Shown here in pieces: positions 49,603 through 64,000 of a DNA stretch of 64,000 nucleotides (position 1 is its first letter; every line of letters starts with the position of its first letter). The translations under genes and the position numbers were made by a program. Under the pieces are notes generated by a model. The model was given only the letters and a program-made list of their open reading frames with translations, searched no databases and was not told where the DNA came from. Origin of the DNA: Styela clava. Its lineage: Eukaryota. The stretch lies in the NCBI RefSeq assembly GCF_964204865.1, contig NC_135259.1:19840001-19904000 (forward strand), in the 5' to 3' direction.

Positions 49603-52600
49603 GTCTAGAGTCTAGTCTAGACTAGACTACAATCTTCAGACCTTAGATTAGATTATTTGCTAGAATAGGCTATTGCTATTGCCTCAAGACAAGATATTTG
49701 AAAAATAATACCTGAATCATACAAGTTCACTTATCTTCGAAATTATCTTTCAGTGTGAAGAATACTTCCATAATATTCCGTATTAGACAGAGAGTTTGAT
49801 CGCCAGCGCGTATTAGCATTTTCTCGTCAATTGAATGACGTGGCATCATTGAATTATGACGTCACACTCCATCTTGTCGTTGTATGTCACAAATCACAGG
49901 TGCCAAAAATAGCACGAGTATTTCGTAATGGACCTTGGTCATTCAAAGCCCATCCTACGCGCAAAAATAAAAAGGGGTAAACCAAACAATTGTAACATTA
50001 GCCATTATGGGGAATGTGATCACCATGGCGGGAATTTGCATTTTTTGTGATTTCTACTTTCGTTGTAAACGTGGACCGTTTTGAATATAGAGTAATTTTT
50101 AGATGTTTTTCGATATTTTTATGACAATAGACATGGTCAAGATTTTTTATAATCGTACATAAAAATTTTAATGGGCGTGGTGTTTCCGCTGACGTCTCTC
50201 CTCCTGGACCATGACAGTCTGCGAAAACGGTTGTAGTTTATGAATTATGCGCGCCAACTGCGGCGCTAATGTAGTCTTGGGTAATGGGTACTGGGCGCGT
50301 TTAACATTGACAGTCTATAAGTATAATCTATTCTCAACCGCCGGTCCGCAGCAACCTTGCAGCCGGCCCGCCAAATATATTCCAGTATTATTATATTATA
50401 TGCAAATTCCAAAATATAATTCTTCTGGTGCTCTCGAAGTATGTGTACTAAATGACGCACAACCCGAACATAGTATGTGTGTGCCGGGTTAGGGTTCAGG
50501 TTGTGCGTCATCTTGGTACACATACTTCCGAAGCGCCGAAATTTGTAATTACCAAGTTTGACTGTAACAGGTGGTCTGCCCGAAGGCCGCAAAACACGGG
50601 TTTCTAAGGGAACTGATGTTCTAAAAGTTGCTATGTGTGATACGGAAAGTTTTTAGAAATCGAAACCGGATGTGTGACATGTCAGGAATCAGGATGTCAA
50701 AGGTGGCGTGGCGATTGGAACCTGGCAGCTAGGACAATTAAATCATTCGGCACGTTTTTGATCAAATGATTGCGTCGGTGGTTTTGCATGCTTTGGCCAA
50801 GTTTTAGTTGTTTCCGAAATTTAGACATGAATTATATGATTTGTTGGTTATTGGACACGTCAGTGGACAACGATGTAATGTTGTTGTTGTTTTTTTCTCC
50901 TTCGTCATGATAAAATCCCTTTCCTCTTCGAATACTGGAACCAAGTGATTTTCAGTGGTTGAAGATTGATTTTTTCGCCAGAAGGCTATTACTTTTACTT
51001 ATTTAAAAAATTTCTGTGGACTTCAAAAGATTCGTTTTTTATGCGTCAGAATGAAAAATAGCGACACCTTGTGACGTGTCTATATCTTTGATCATAGCTC
51101 TTTTGTTTCGTAATACAATGAGTTTAATTTGGTCCAAGTAATCGAAATGAATTCCTGAAAAAATTCCAGATTAGTTTAAAATAAGCTCTAGCATTATTAA
51201 TTGAAGACAAGCTGATGAACATTTCAGATGCTGATTATGAAACATCTATAGCAGTTTGTAACCGCAACTCGCAAAAGTAGCATCAAAAATAGGGTAAGGA
51301 TTGTCTGGGGTTAGAAGTCTGTGTAAAGTCTATTGATCGTCTTTTTTATTGTAAAAAGCGATGAACCTGTTCAAGAGGTTTGGAACTGACTCTTTAATAT
51401 TTTGCCTAATTTTATTATGAAATATTTACGATTGTACGACGTGTTGTGCGCAAAAAAATAATATCTGATTTGCACACATGAGGTCGCCAATGAGTAAAAC
51501 CGCGGTTGCTATTTGAACATACGTCACAAACGGTCGCAACAGCAAGCCTCGTTTTGGAATCACGCTTTCGTCGGATTTCCTCGATTTTGTTCGTTTTGTT
51601 TCGGTTCCATTTTGAATTGTGGGTGAGTTTAAATTTTGATTGTTCCCTCTAATGCGGGATTTATTCATAGATGACATTTTAGTTGTAAATTCCAATTCTC
51701 GTTGCTTTGTAAATTATCGGCTGTAAGCAGATTACGAAATTAGGAACCGGGAATAATTCGCGCTATCTACGATTAGTATTTCGAAATTCAGTAATTATTC
51801 GAATTACTTTATTAGTTTAGCATAGTGGCGTTTGTATGTTTAGATCGCAAAGCATTGTTGCAGGTATAGTCGATAAGCTTCGGATTCAATGTCGTGCATA
51901 TTACTTTAGAAAAGCAGACCAAAACTGAATTTTTCTTTCAGTCCTGTGTGCTGGCAGTCGTGTCTTGTATTTTTTGGTAGTTCTACTGTGGTACGGTACC
52001 ATGCGACAATGGTGGAGTTTGAATTAAATTAGCTAGGCTAGACTATCTATTAAATTTCTCTTTTTGGTTCTGTAGTTTTTGGAATGCCCAATGGTTACGT
52101 TTAACATTTTACGGACGGACCAAGCCATTCCAGTAATCGTGTGAATGGAACGAAAAATAGTCTACTCTTCTGTAATTGATGATTAAGGTCTGAAGGTTGA
52201 AGTAATCTCTGAATCTCCCATTACCAGATTACTGTGTTACAGTACTTTTTCAAATTAGCGTAAATGATCAGACTTTAAATCATGTGCTCATGCTAATGGG
52301 TTTGCTTACATTTAAGAACGTCTTAATTCAATTAAACATGACACTCATATGCAGATAGTATACCAGTCTAGTATTTCAGTACACAGACCTAGTGAGTGTT
52401 TTAGAATATTTTACCACCATCTGACCATCATTGTGCATCCGTCCCCATTGAATTATTCTTGCATAGACTGTTTTTATACCCCCATGATTTTTTGTCTGTC
52501 TTTTTTTCTTCCGATTTTATCATATCTCAGTGATTGTGTGCTCTAATTAGTTTCAATATTTTTAGGTCAGCGAACATGTACTACTTCTTTTATCAATACC

Positions 52601-52895
52601 TTTCCATCTAAAATTTGTATGTTTCAAACCTCACTTGAGGTTATGTTTGCTCTATAATCTGGTCTGGTTCTATAATCAGTTTTTATCAATTACTTTATCG
52701 GGTATTATGCTGGTTATGGAGTCGAAATAAACTTATACATATTATCATATGATATTATCATATACCTGTTTTCGAATATTATCTAGTTTAACAATATTCT
52801 AAAACTTGATAAGTACTCGGTCAAAAACTTAATATTGGTGCATTATCATTTTAGTTTATAAGTTTTAATATCACACTCATCTGTCTAAGAAAAAT

Positions 52896-54052
52896 ATGGA
52901 AGATTCCGGCAAAAAAGCGAGACTTTTCATCAAGCCTACAGACTCTGATTACGTGAGACTAGCAAAGCAAGGGGGAGAAAAGGATTTGTTAGTTTCGCAA
53001 GATATTGTAAAGTCCGAAGCAGCAAAACCTTACTCAAAATGTGAATGGTTCGACCATATTCATAATGAGGAAGAGGATGCCAGAAATAGAAGGTGATCAT
53101 TTTATTAAAACCTCTTATTACCCTACATCGGTTCACTTGATTATTATTTTGTGACATGGCGGTTTCTATGAAACGGATTGTTATATTTGGTGAATGGAAA
53201 AGCCGCTCTTTTAGCGATAGGCATAAATTCATTCTGTGGTAGAAATTTCAAATATAAAGACATCGAGCAACAATACTGATACCTGAATATTTACTGCTGT
53301 TTTTACCATTTTTGCTAAATTGTGTCGGTATAAATTTCATGCACGACAAAAAAAAATATCTGAACTTGTCGACGCATCGTGCCAAGCAATAGGTATATGC
53401 TTGCTATATCAATGGGAGTTATATATTTAAAAATGCCTGGATTAAGCACTAAAATCAACTACCGTATATATTTGCATAGATAACTTTTTTTTTCTTTTTG
53501 TAGGGCTTAATATAATCAAAATATGTTTATCGACACCCGTGAGCGATAATAAGTGCATGTACGCAAGCGCAGACCATATGATTTCCATGAATAACCAACT
53601 CGCTACAAACCTGTATATCATTGTTCTGACTTGGTGGCGATTTGCACTTATGTCGAGCGGATATTTTATTTTTTAAATGTACGGACAAAATTGTGACCTA
53701 TCTGCGAGTATGTACGGTACGCCTCATATTTTATTCAACTACTTCATATAATTTACTGGCCGTGAAAGTATTTGTAGAGATGACATACATTTTCAGTCTA
53801 ATACCACAAACTAACTGATACATCTCTTACAGGACCAGTAATCAGGTTGCGGATAAGAAAGTCCATGATGCACAGGAGAACGACTCAACTCAGCAAACAG
53901 CTCGTGAAGAAGGGAATAAAATAAAAGAAAAATATACAAGAGGGGGTGCCCCATTTCACACTGATAATATGTCTGTTTGGGAACGCAAGGCAAAGGCCCC
54001 AGAAACACCAGAGCAAAGAGCTGCTCGCCAGGCGAGAAACCCAATTTACTGA
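52896..54052 (+). CDS. C7orf57: C7orf57-like protein, 2 coding exons, 138 aa
   Basis: Exons 52896-53092 and 53833-54052 (phase 2, GT-AG, 417 nt). Motifs IKPTDSDYVRLAKQGGEKDLL, PYS..EWFDH and APFHTDNMSVWER resemble, from memory, C7orf57 blocks (IKETDSEYVKLAKQGG.PDLL; GPF..D..TVWQR). Long T-rich downstream region is consistent with a 3' UTR. Confidence 0.75.
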
Positions 54053-57000
54053 AGAGTAAGGGGAGTACGAAAAAAAAAGTTCGCAGGCATGAACTGAACA
54101 CATTTCTTTCACCATAGAATTCACTTTTTGAAATATAGAAGAACAAAATTCTCGCTTCTTCAAAAAAGGTGCTTTTAGCTGATGGTGCATTTTTAATTTG
54201 AAAAAAAAAAATTAAAACGACTGTTTGTTTAAATTTCAACCAGTGTTATATATTACATTAGTCTCTGTGGTTTGTCATTCCATTTTATTTGTCAAATGTA
54301 AAAACGTAATTGTCATGATTTTCTTTTCATTTTTTTTTTGTAATTCTGTGTCATATTTTAGGTTTCAAAATGGAATTTTTGTAACAAAATAGTCAAACTA
54401 TTATTCCGATTATCCGACAGGTTTTATTAGTAGTCAAAATAATTTGACTCCTTGCACCTCTTAAATTCTTCCCGATATCAGAATTTAAACTTTTCGATTT
54501 TAAAATTTGTATTCTGAGTTCTTCATAATTGAGCCTAAAATGTGATCCGGAAGAACACTGTTTTTTTTATTCCAATTTTTCAGTTTTTATGGAAGTATTT
54601 TGAAAAAACAATCTGTAAAAGGTGACTGATTTTGCACCTAAATTTTATTTTTCCATTTTTGTGATATCAACCTATTTTTAAAAGGAATAGATTTTTGTCA
54701 CTGTGTCGAAATACTATTTTCATGTAACTTTTTGTTGTTTTTTGGTTGATTTTTAGCTAAGATTCTTCATTTTTTTGAAATCAGTTTTAACTAAGTTTTT
54801 GTGAATATAGCACAGCATTCAATATGCTAAGTTCTGGGATTCGGGTTGATTTTTAGGTAAAATTCATCACATTTTTTTGAGCTTGGACAGTATAAGAATG
54901 GCTTATGAATAATTGTTTTGAATAAGAATGGCACCATTCCAAATTTAGGAAATACAAAGAATTGAAACGTGTGGAATTTATATCAAATTTACATGTTACG
55001 ATTTATATATAATGTTACAAAAGACTTGTTTTAGAATGGCTATCGTAGTTGCTTGGTGTAAATGTAAAGCTTGATTTTGAAACGATTCCCCTCCAGATTT
55101 TTAAAGTTTGAAGATATAATTTTTAGGGATTTCTTAAACTATAAAAGACTTCTGTAAAGGTTGTAATGCCAGAATAGCAATACGATTTAATTCTTGCTAC
55201 CTCCTTTCCAGGGTGCTCTGTTTTACCTAAATCTGATATTTTTTATAAAACCCTTAGGGAATAGTCTGTTCGTAAGATGTAAGATATTTAGCGTTGAGAC
55301 TGGTACGCACGTGCTGCATTAAATTGAGACTGTACAGCTCATTTAGTTTATTAGAAAATTTAAAACTCAGTCAACTTCAACAATTTTGCTCGTGTACTAA
55401 TACAAGTTTTTATCAATTTTTTTGAAGGCTATCAACAGAGCTGTCTATATATCTTAAAAAGCCATGTTAGGAAAATATAGAGATGTTTTTGAAGTTTTAT
55501 TTTAACTAAAATTCCACTTTGGAAGCGAAAGGTTTCGTTAGCTTGCTTGTAACGATATATCTGTGTGTAAAAGGTACCAGAATGGTTTCATTTACCAGTA
55601 TATATGGTATGTGTCTCATTTAAAAGCATTTTTTACTTGAAAATAGTAGTAACTGCTCACATAACTGTATATCCAACTTTCTGGGAGCCAGCTGAAAGCC
55701 GATTGTTGAGTCTTGATTTTGCTGTTTATGTCTTCAAAAAAAAAATTTCGTATTATGGCTGTAATTTGATTATTTTGCATTTATGTAAATAGGTTCCCTT
55801 ATGAGATTTATAAATTCATTTGCGAAAATTCGATTTGTTGAGAGTATTCCCGCTACTAAGCGCCAACTCTCCTGTATTTAGGAAATTTATGTAATAATAT
55901 CAGAAAGGACCCTTGCTAGACTTTAGGCACCATGTGTTTACTCTTTTGTCCATGTTATTTACAGTAATTCATTTGCAACTGAATGAGTGCTGATGAGAGA
56001 ATTTATAAACAGGGACATTTTGCATTTATGTGTGATGAAAAATATAATGGGGCCCAGTCATAGGATGTTATGTTTTGATTATATTTTTGTTTTTAAAAAA
56101 GCTTTTAATGTTTTACCATAGCCCTGTTTATTCCAACTAAAGAACTAAATGTACATAAATTTCTTTTGTTGATTTTACGTTTCGTTTTAGGCTGATTTTG
56201 AACACTATTTAGAATTCACTTTTCAGACTCACTAATAAAATAATTTAGCTGAATTTGTGCTGAATTTTTTTCAACGAAAGGCATCAATGTAGCTGAGATG
56301 ATACTTAGTGATTTCTAAGAATTTTGGTCACGAGAGGAGGTTCAGGTTGTTGGACAACATAAAGCGGTTTTGTGCAGAGAAAGTTTCTAAGCCTTCGCCT
56401 AATTGCTAACAGCGTTCTAATAGTATTTGTAAGTCCCACTGACACACTAAGAATTGTGCATGGATTTGAAGTGCAAAATGTCAGCTGATACCTGTTGTAA
56501 TGACTTGGGTGACTGATGCAATCTTTGGTACTCCCGTAGTGTGTGTGTTAGGGTCGGGCTATAGTTTTATTCCGATTTTCCTTATTTTAGTTCTATTACG
56601 AGCTCGGGGACTGTCTGTGTTAGCCAAGTGAATATGTCCCCTGCCCATAGGTTTCAGTCCCTTTACACAACTTAATGTAAAGTTGGCGAACAAAAGTAGT
56701 TACTACATATATATGGGTACACACACTTCTGAAGGGCCCAATTTTCTTGTGATTCTGGCTTGGTTTCAAAATCCGACCGGCACTTCATCCAGAGTGACTG
56801 GATTCTTTGGTTATTTTTCACTGTTTTCGTTGCATATATAGACCGCAGAACTAAAAGGTTTCGGAAAGTTAAATCGTAGATTATGATAAAAGGGCGTTGA
56901 TCGATCGATTACACCCGCTTGGAAAAGAAAAATATCCGCCGTCTCGTGAATGAAATGAACTGTATTTCCCTATCATTCACATACATCATACAGGGTGTCC

Positions 57001-59474
57001 ATTGATGTTGATGCCAAAACAATATATGGCATCGATAAATTCCCTTTGCAATTTAAAAAATAAATTAGGACTTTATGGACACCCTAAATATAACGAGTCA
57101 TCGAAACAAATCTAGAAGCGATGCTCATCCCGTTTTTATTGTAGACGTCTGTGAGGTTGTGAGGTTGATGAATAATAGAGCATGTGGTGGCAATTCCGAC
57201 TTTTTTAAGGATCAATCGACAGCTTGTCGCCTCGTTGGGGAATTGGAACGAGACAAGGATGTCTGATGTTTCGCTATATTACTTCGACTTCAACAGATTT
57301 TTATGTCAGAGCATAACAAAATCTAGTGTCGACTATCGCTTCGCCGACAATACCACACGCTAATGAATGTCGCCATAAGGTTTGATTTATTCTCTGTCGT
57401 TTTTAATTATCTATTCTAAACCTTTCCAAACTTTTAAGCTCGCGATCCCTTCCAATATGAGATTTATGTTTTGCAATAGTTTTATTAATTGTGTTTCGAA
57501 TCAAAAGTACAGCCCCGATCTTAATAATTTTTTCAAACATTCCAATTTTTAACTGAATAGTCGCTTTACCCCGTGACGCACAAGTGTGGTGTACTAGAGG
57601 TTAACGATTTAAACTTAGCAATGATGACATAACGGGTTATATGCTCACCACCACCCAGGTTCATATGATAGCTCTTTACGTTGCAGTCAGGGATGGATCA
57701 TAGGAGCTGCCGCCCGGTGCACGTTGCAGATATCTGAGTTTGATCTTATTCAATACATGTTGTTTTGTTTGATGATTATTTCACTCTTACTTGACCTTTA
57801 ATTCATTTATTATTATGTATAACAACATCTACAACTTATTTATCCCCCGAATTATTTTTGAAGTTAAGTATATATAAGGGGCATAATTATCAGAAACTCG
57901 CCCTGGACAGCATAAAAGTTCGGCATTCACTGGTCACAGTGGGTGCTTGCTTGTAGAGAGCTTTGGTTGGAGTGACAGTGTGATGACACCTAGTATTTGA
58001 GAGTGGGCACTGATGATTTCAGAATCGAATATATTTTTCGAAATTCCCGAGTGAACCGATTCGAATATTTTACTATTAGATTCGAAATGCCAGCCCTACT
58101 TGTGATATAAGGTTTCCAGTCGAGTTTTATACAGTGTACTTAGCTTCCGCAGCTGAACAAACATTTCTTCTTTGCACTATAAGCCAACAAGACCGTTATA
58201 ATAATCTAGTCAGTTAAGACGTATTATATTAATTATTAATTAAGTTTAAACCGGAGGTGTGATATACATGTTGTTCCTAAAGTCATAAAAAATTTAATTG
58301 CCAAAGGAAATTTTAGATACCATGTATAGTTTGTTGACCCGCCCTCACAGCTGTGTTAAATTAATTAACAAAACTTTTGAGATCCCACATGCGTGTTACG
58401 CAGTGGTGTCTGGGTATGGCAGCCGTGGCTTGTTGTTTGCCATGGGCGCAATTTTACGCACATGCGACACTGCGGTTATGCGTCAAATTTCTGTCTTCAC
58501 GCACAGAAGGTATTCCGAAGTAGACAATGATTGCACAACACTGAAAGGTTTCCCCAGAGTATGACAATTCACTGAGCGAAAATCGGACGTGCTTTATCGA
58601 TTTATTGCATTTGTTTAAAGCCCGCGCTGTGTATACTTGTATACTGTGTATACAATAGATGGATATGTGGTCCCGCCGTTTAAATGGTTTTCGCTTAAGA
58701 CGGCATTAGTCTGCCATATAAACAAGCATGTTAGGGATAGGGAGCATTTTATGTTCCTATTGACAATTTAATTCCTATTTGGCCGCATAAACAGTGGGTT
58801 TAATTTTTATGGCACCCGCGTGGGATTGTACTTTGCATTGTGTTGTGACTCGTTTTTTGAATCAGTGGTTCTCAACCCTCGGTCCGCCAAATATATTTCG
58901 AAATTATATCTCAATTGCAAAATACAAAACATTGATGCCCTACCGAGTCATATTGTGAGTTTTAACTACTGATGCGTCCTACGCCCATTTTACACCCTGA
59001 ACCAGGGGGTGGTTTTGGGGGACGGACTCCCCCCCTCCCCCTTTGAAATGTAAATAAGTGAAAGCATTTTTCTGTATCATACACAGCAATTTTTTGTAAG
59101 CTGATACAAATGCTACGGGAGTCACTTGACTAGTCCCCGAACTCGTAATAGAACGAAAATAAGAAAAATTGAAATAAAATTATGGCCTAATTCTAACCTG
59201 ATACACATACTACGTACCGGTGTCCGCCACCTTTGTTCCCATACTACGGGAGTATCCCCTTTGTCGTAATTACATTCGATTTGTTTTGTGTTATTGACAT
59301 TTCGGGTTGATTTTAAAGGATCACCGGTCCGAAGAATTAATTTTGAAATCTTACCGGTCTGCAGACTAACAAAGTTTGAAAAGCACTTCCCTAATTGGCT
59401 TCCAATGTCTCCAGCGTAAATGAAAACGGTAATAATTGTGCTTGTTTCTGTTACATTGCGACAGGTATTTATCA

Positions 59475-59980
59475 TAGGGATGGCGGAATCGAGTGCGGAT
59501 TCGATTACAGAATCGATGCTCCGCGGAATGCATTGGAATCGATTCTCGAGCTTAAAACTTGGATTGCAGACAATGTATAACGCTTTGTGGCATTCCCTCG
59601 CATATATGTATAAACTGCTTTACTGCTATGCTGAGTTGCTACGACGTCGCACAAACTTCACTATATATAATATATATGTATATATTCCGTTGAAAGGCTT
59701 TTACGTTTATTTTTTTTTTAATCGCTATGGGCTCTGAGAGATTCGTTTTTTTGTGCGATTTTATCTCCTGTGACAAATTGGATACCCATACTACTTAGTT
59801 GCGGCCTTCTTGTCCGTCCATATATTCGAACATCGTTCTCTTGTTTGACTTCATATGGCATATTGCTTAGTTGGGTATGTTTTCTCGGTGGGATATGTCG
59901 GGGAATCGAGAATCGCAATCGAAATTTTACGAATTGGATAAGAATCGAATATTTGTAAGTAATCATACCTGGCATCCTTA
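59475..59980. mobile_element. Probable non-autonomous hAT element rich in GAATCG subterminal repeats
   Basis: Ends TAGGGATGGC / GGCATCCTTA, flanked by TTTATCA on both sides. Confidence 0.55.
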
Positions 59981-61437
59981 TTTATCAATACCTGCCCATT
60001 TGAAATCTGTACGCGTCAAACTTTACTTGAGGTTTTGTTTGCTCTCTTCCGATCCTATAAACAGTTTTATTTATTTTGTTTTCATCAGTTATTTTATCGT
60101 CTATTACGCTGATTATGGAGCAGAGATATACTTATACTAAGATTTTTTTAAATACATTTTAGTTTTACAAAATGAATATTTTTGGGGATCATTAATACAA
60201 GCTTGGCGATCTCTAAAACGAACGTAACAAGACGTAGCCTGAATATTGAAAATGATTTTAATATAAGCCCTTCCCTTAACTTGAAATAATTTCTAGTCGA
60301 TAGCGCGAAATTTTTTGATCTAGTCGATAACAAGAAATCTCCCCTGCACGCTTCAAATGATTGGTCATTTTTGAATAATCTATGGTTAGCAGTTTTTTTT
60401 AAAATAAAAACGTATTATTTATATATGAGGTATTATTTATATATATCGGTTTTCATATTTTATGTATTTGGAAATCTCGTAATTTTCTACTTTGTAGTTT
60501 TGTTTTTGATAAATGAAAATAAAAGACATCTCTCTAAAATAAGCCCTAGTGATATTTTTCGAAGGAAAATTGAAATAATAAGCTGTCTTATTTTCGGCGA
60601 AACACGATAGATAAATAGGCCGCAATTCTTATACAAATTCGCATCCCATGCCGACAGGGTCCTTGTTTGTCCTCTTTTCACGTGCGCTGGTCAATAGAAC
60701 TATAGTAAATAGCCGTGTGATGCTAAACGCAACAATGTTTTTCATTGTTCGCAAACAAATGTTGACAAGTTATACATATTCTTCGTCATAAAGATCGAGT
60801 ATTGTTCAATTGTTGTTTCAATACACATCGAGTGCCGATAAATTGATTAAATCGCGCGAGGCCTAAAGCAGCCTGAACAATCGCGAACCTTTGCTGTAGG
60901 TGGTTGTAACATTATAATGCTTATTTAGGATCTTTTGTACAAAGCCCTCGCAAAATAATCAAATTATCGAGTTAGGTTTAAGAATGAAGATTGCACTGGA
61001 AATTCAAATTTTCCAGTCATTTCTAACCAGTGGTGGGATTCAAATTTTTTGTCAGTCGGTTCCATCACAAAAGTCATATTTTTCACCCGGTTCTGTTACA
61101 AACAGAATATTGACAGTAATCAGTAATGCAAACCGATTCGCTGATCTCACAACTGTTTCTAACCCCTTACCGGATTATTACTACTTTGTTATTTTAAAAC
61201 ATGGAGGGCTTGTTTTTTTCAAATATCATGTTTTTGCATTAGTGACGGGGGTTTGTACGAAAGATCCAAATCGCGAAATTCGCAGTAGGTGGTTGAATCA
61301 TTATAATGCTTATTTATTCAACGTGAAGACGACCTATTGATTGTTTCGCCAAATTGCTGTTGACGTGAAAAAATCGCTTGTCTTTGCGACTATCGGACTA
61401 ATCCACTTTAGATTTCGGTTCTCAAATATAGATAGGA

Positions 61438-61728
61438 TTTTACAAATTTATCCCGGGGAGAGGGAAGCCACGGTCTCTCGTCCGGTTACCAGTTCATGTC
61501 GGATTATAAGCCAGTTATTTGTTTAAGATGCATGGACTTGATGGTGTAGAAAGCCATAACCGACCAGCGGTTACGTGAACCACCGCCACCTTACGGGAGG
61601 TGAAAAGTTCGGAAATCTGTTCGCACATAATTATCAACCACGGGATTCGAACCTGCGAACCCAAAAAGGGTACTCATAGATGCGGTGACTATCGTATTTC
61701 TGAAGCTCGGCACAATCACTCACACCAC
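61438..61728 (-). mobile_element. tRNA-derived SINE
   Basis: GGGATTCGAACC (reverse B-box) and family body shared with 48105-48423. Confidence 0.7.
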
Positions 61729-63607
61729 CAGGTCAACCATTGACTAAGAGTCTATTTCATTTACTTTTTTCAAATTTCATTCAGGCCCGATACTCCACCC
61801 AACTTTTGCTGTTTCATTTTAATTCATAGAAACACTTTTTATGACGTATGGGACACTTTATTTCTTCAAACTTGATCACGTTTTGGGTGTCTGAATCGAA
61901 AATTGATGAATCATAGTGAATGTGTATTATAGCACTTTATGATGCGTAAATTAGATTATTTATGACATAATAAACGTATAATCGCCATAATAAAACACTC
62001 AATCGAAGTAAATTATCTGTTCAGCAGGGAAAGGTACGCTCGACTTTTATTTGTCCAGAGGCTTTGGAGGGTAAATAGGCACACGCCGCCATTTAGGATG
62101 CTTGAATGAGAAAATTAAATTAGTAAATTACACTTTCCGACCCTCGACGCGTCTGAAGAGCCACAAAAGCCTAATGTGGCATAAATCAGTTAAATCAATT
62201 GATTTGAGATGTAAATATTCCGTAATATACCTGGGTATCAATTTTGCTACGCACTTTGCCGATAGAAGGCCAATGATTTATTAGGTTAGCTTGACATTTA
62301 TAGCCATATTTAAATCACAGTGTGTATGCGCAGAAATATATTCATTCGTTATGTAGTGAAAACTCAAGGTTGGTTTTACACGTCGTTTTGATAATACACA
62401 CGCGTACGCCATGTAAAATATTCATTAGACTGTCAATGAATGAATGATTGTGAACTTCTGTCAGCGTGACGCAAAATCTGAATACAAATAATGATTCTCG
62501 TTTTTTATGAATGATAGGTGTAATATAAATATTTGCCATTCGGCTTGCGATTAGCACAGGATTTTTTCATATTCATCGCGGGAGTCAGAAATTCCACGAT
62601 AGAAGAAGTCATAACTGACCTGCTGCTACGTGTACTATCGCACATTTGTAATTTACGTCAGCAATAATCTTGACTCTTGTGCATGTATGGGGGAAAAATG
62701 GGTGCCCGTTATTACCCCCGTATTATTATTATCATCATACATACGGTAGCGGAGTACACTGTACACCCCAATCTGATCTGAGTTTAATAAGCACATAATA
62801 GATCGCAATGTCAAATGTTCTTATATTGAAAAGTTAAGAAAATCACATATTTTCATAGAATCCAACATGCTATTAATACAAAGGGGTTAAATAGCATTAA
62901 AATCCATACGCAGATTCGCTACACATGCATTCGTCTTCAACATTATTGTCAGCCTACCTATATTTTCACCATTACGAGACGAATGAGCATACATACATTC
63001 AACAACTCACGAGGGCGATAGGCCCAACAATTAGGGGCGTGTCAAACTTTTCTGTTACCCCACGTTCGGAATAATGATGCCCCTTATATATACCTTCAAA
63101 AATATTTCGGTGAGTAAACAAATTGGCGCTTCGGAAGTATGTGTACCAATATGGAGGTAACTAATCTTGTTCTCCTACTTTACATCAAGTTGTGTAAAGG
63201 GACTGAAACCTATGGACAGGGGGGGGGGGGGGGTCCACTTGGCTAACACTGACAGTCCCCGAGCTCGTACGAGAACTGAAATAAGGAAAATCGGAATAAA
63301 ATCATGGCCTAACCCTAACCTGGTACACAGACTACGGGAGTAATAACAAATTATAAATGTTGTTATGCATGATAATAAATAATTTGAAGGTCAAGTAAGA
63401 GTGAAATGTTTGTATTTTTATTATTTAAATTATCAAACCCACCCCTATAACGTGCTGCCCGGGGCGACTGCCCCTGTGGCTCCACCATAGACACGCTCCT
63501 ACCAACAATCCTCCCGCACATAATCATACCGATATTGGATTCGAACATAATAATTCACGCCGGTAAAATAAGCGATGTAGATGGTAAACGAGCAGTATGT
63601 TCCACAG

Positions 63608-63794
63608 GGTTCCATTACATTTGAACCCACGTACATTTGAACCCATGACAATTGCACCTGTATGCTATTGCACCTATGGAATTTTTTTTGTTTCACGGAT
63701 AGTTAAACTCATACTAACCCTAACCCATGGGTTTTAGCATCCGCATATAGATTGAACCCGTGGATATACGCATGGGTTCAAATGTACGGTCACC
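63608..63794. mobile_element. Mutator-like MITE with a 9-bp TSD
   Basis: TIR GGT.....TACATTTGAACCCA; perfect TSD GTTCCACAG (63599-63607 and 63795-63803); internal CTAACCCTAACCC. Confidence 0.85.
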
Positions 63795-64000
63795 GTTCCA
63801 CAGCTGTTTATTTCAGGGATGGTGTTTTCAAATTCAGGGGTGGTGGATATTTTGTTAGTAGCGATAAAACTATAACTTATAAAATGTGTTATGTATTTGT
63901 CTGAACATCTGCACCGACAGTAGAGCCAATTTTTGAATATTTGAATACAATTTTATTTACGTTAAGAATTAAAGTATGGAGTCGTATTCGAAATTTAGTG

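Noticed and set aside
53811-54239. 142-aa and 101-aa minus-strand ORFs
   Set aside because: Antisense shadows of the C7orf57-like exon 2, with no recognisable features.

Overview
AT-rich, intron-containing animal DNA. Gene content and repeat style suggest an ascidian/tunicate or similar marine invertebrate (inference only). The ORF track is mostly spurious, so genes were rebuilt by hand from splice sites and exon phases. The left 42 kb is a compact cluster of cell-surface receptor-like genes. Three tandem minus-strand genes encode type II membrane proteins (Tyr-motif cytoplasmic N-terminus, TM, modular stalk, fibrinogen C/FReD domain): A is cut by the window edge, B is intact (440 aa), and C carries a 2-bp frameshift and a dead stalk exon. 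Head-to-head with them are two tandem plus-strand paralogs of an unrecognised type I membrane protein (signal peptide, Cys-rich CUB-like domain, Ser/Thr stalk, TM, conserved tail with two NxxY motifs and a C-terminal T-x-V). The spacer between the two families occurs in three copies, upstream of members of both. Further right are an intronless Not-class homeobox gene and a short C7orf57-like gene. The rest is dense with MITEs (many with clear 8-9 bp target-site duplications) and a tRNA-derived SINE family. The best candidate for an undescribed system is the divergently paired, co-duplicating FReD/type I receptor locus, possibly for immune or self/non-self recognition.
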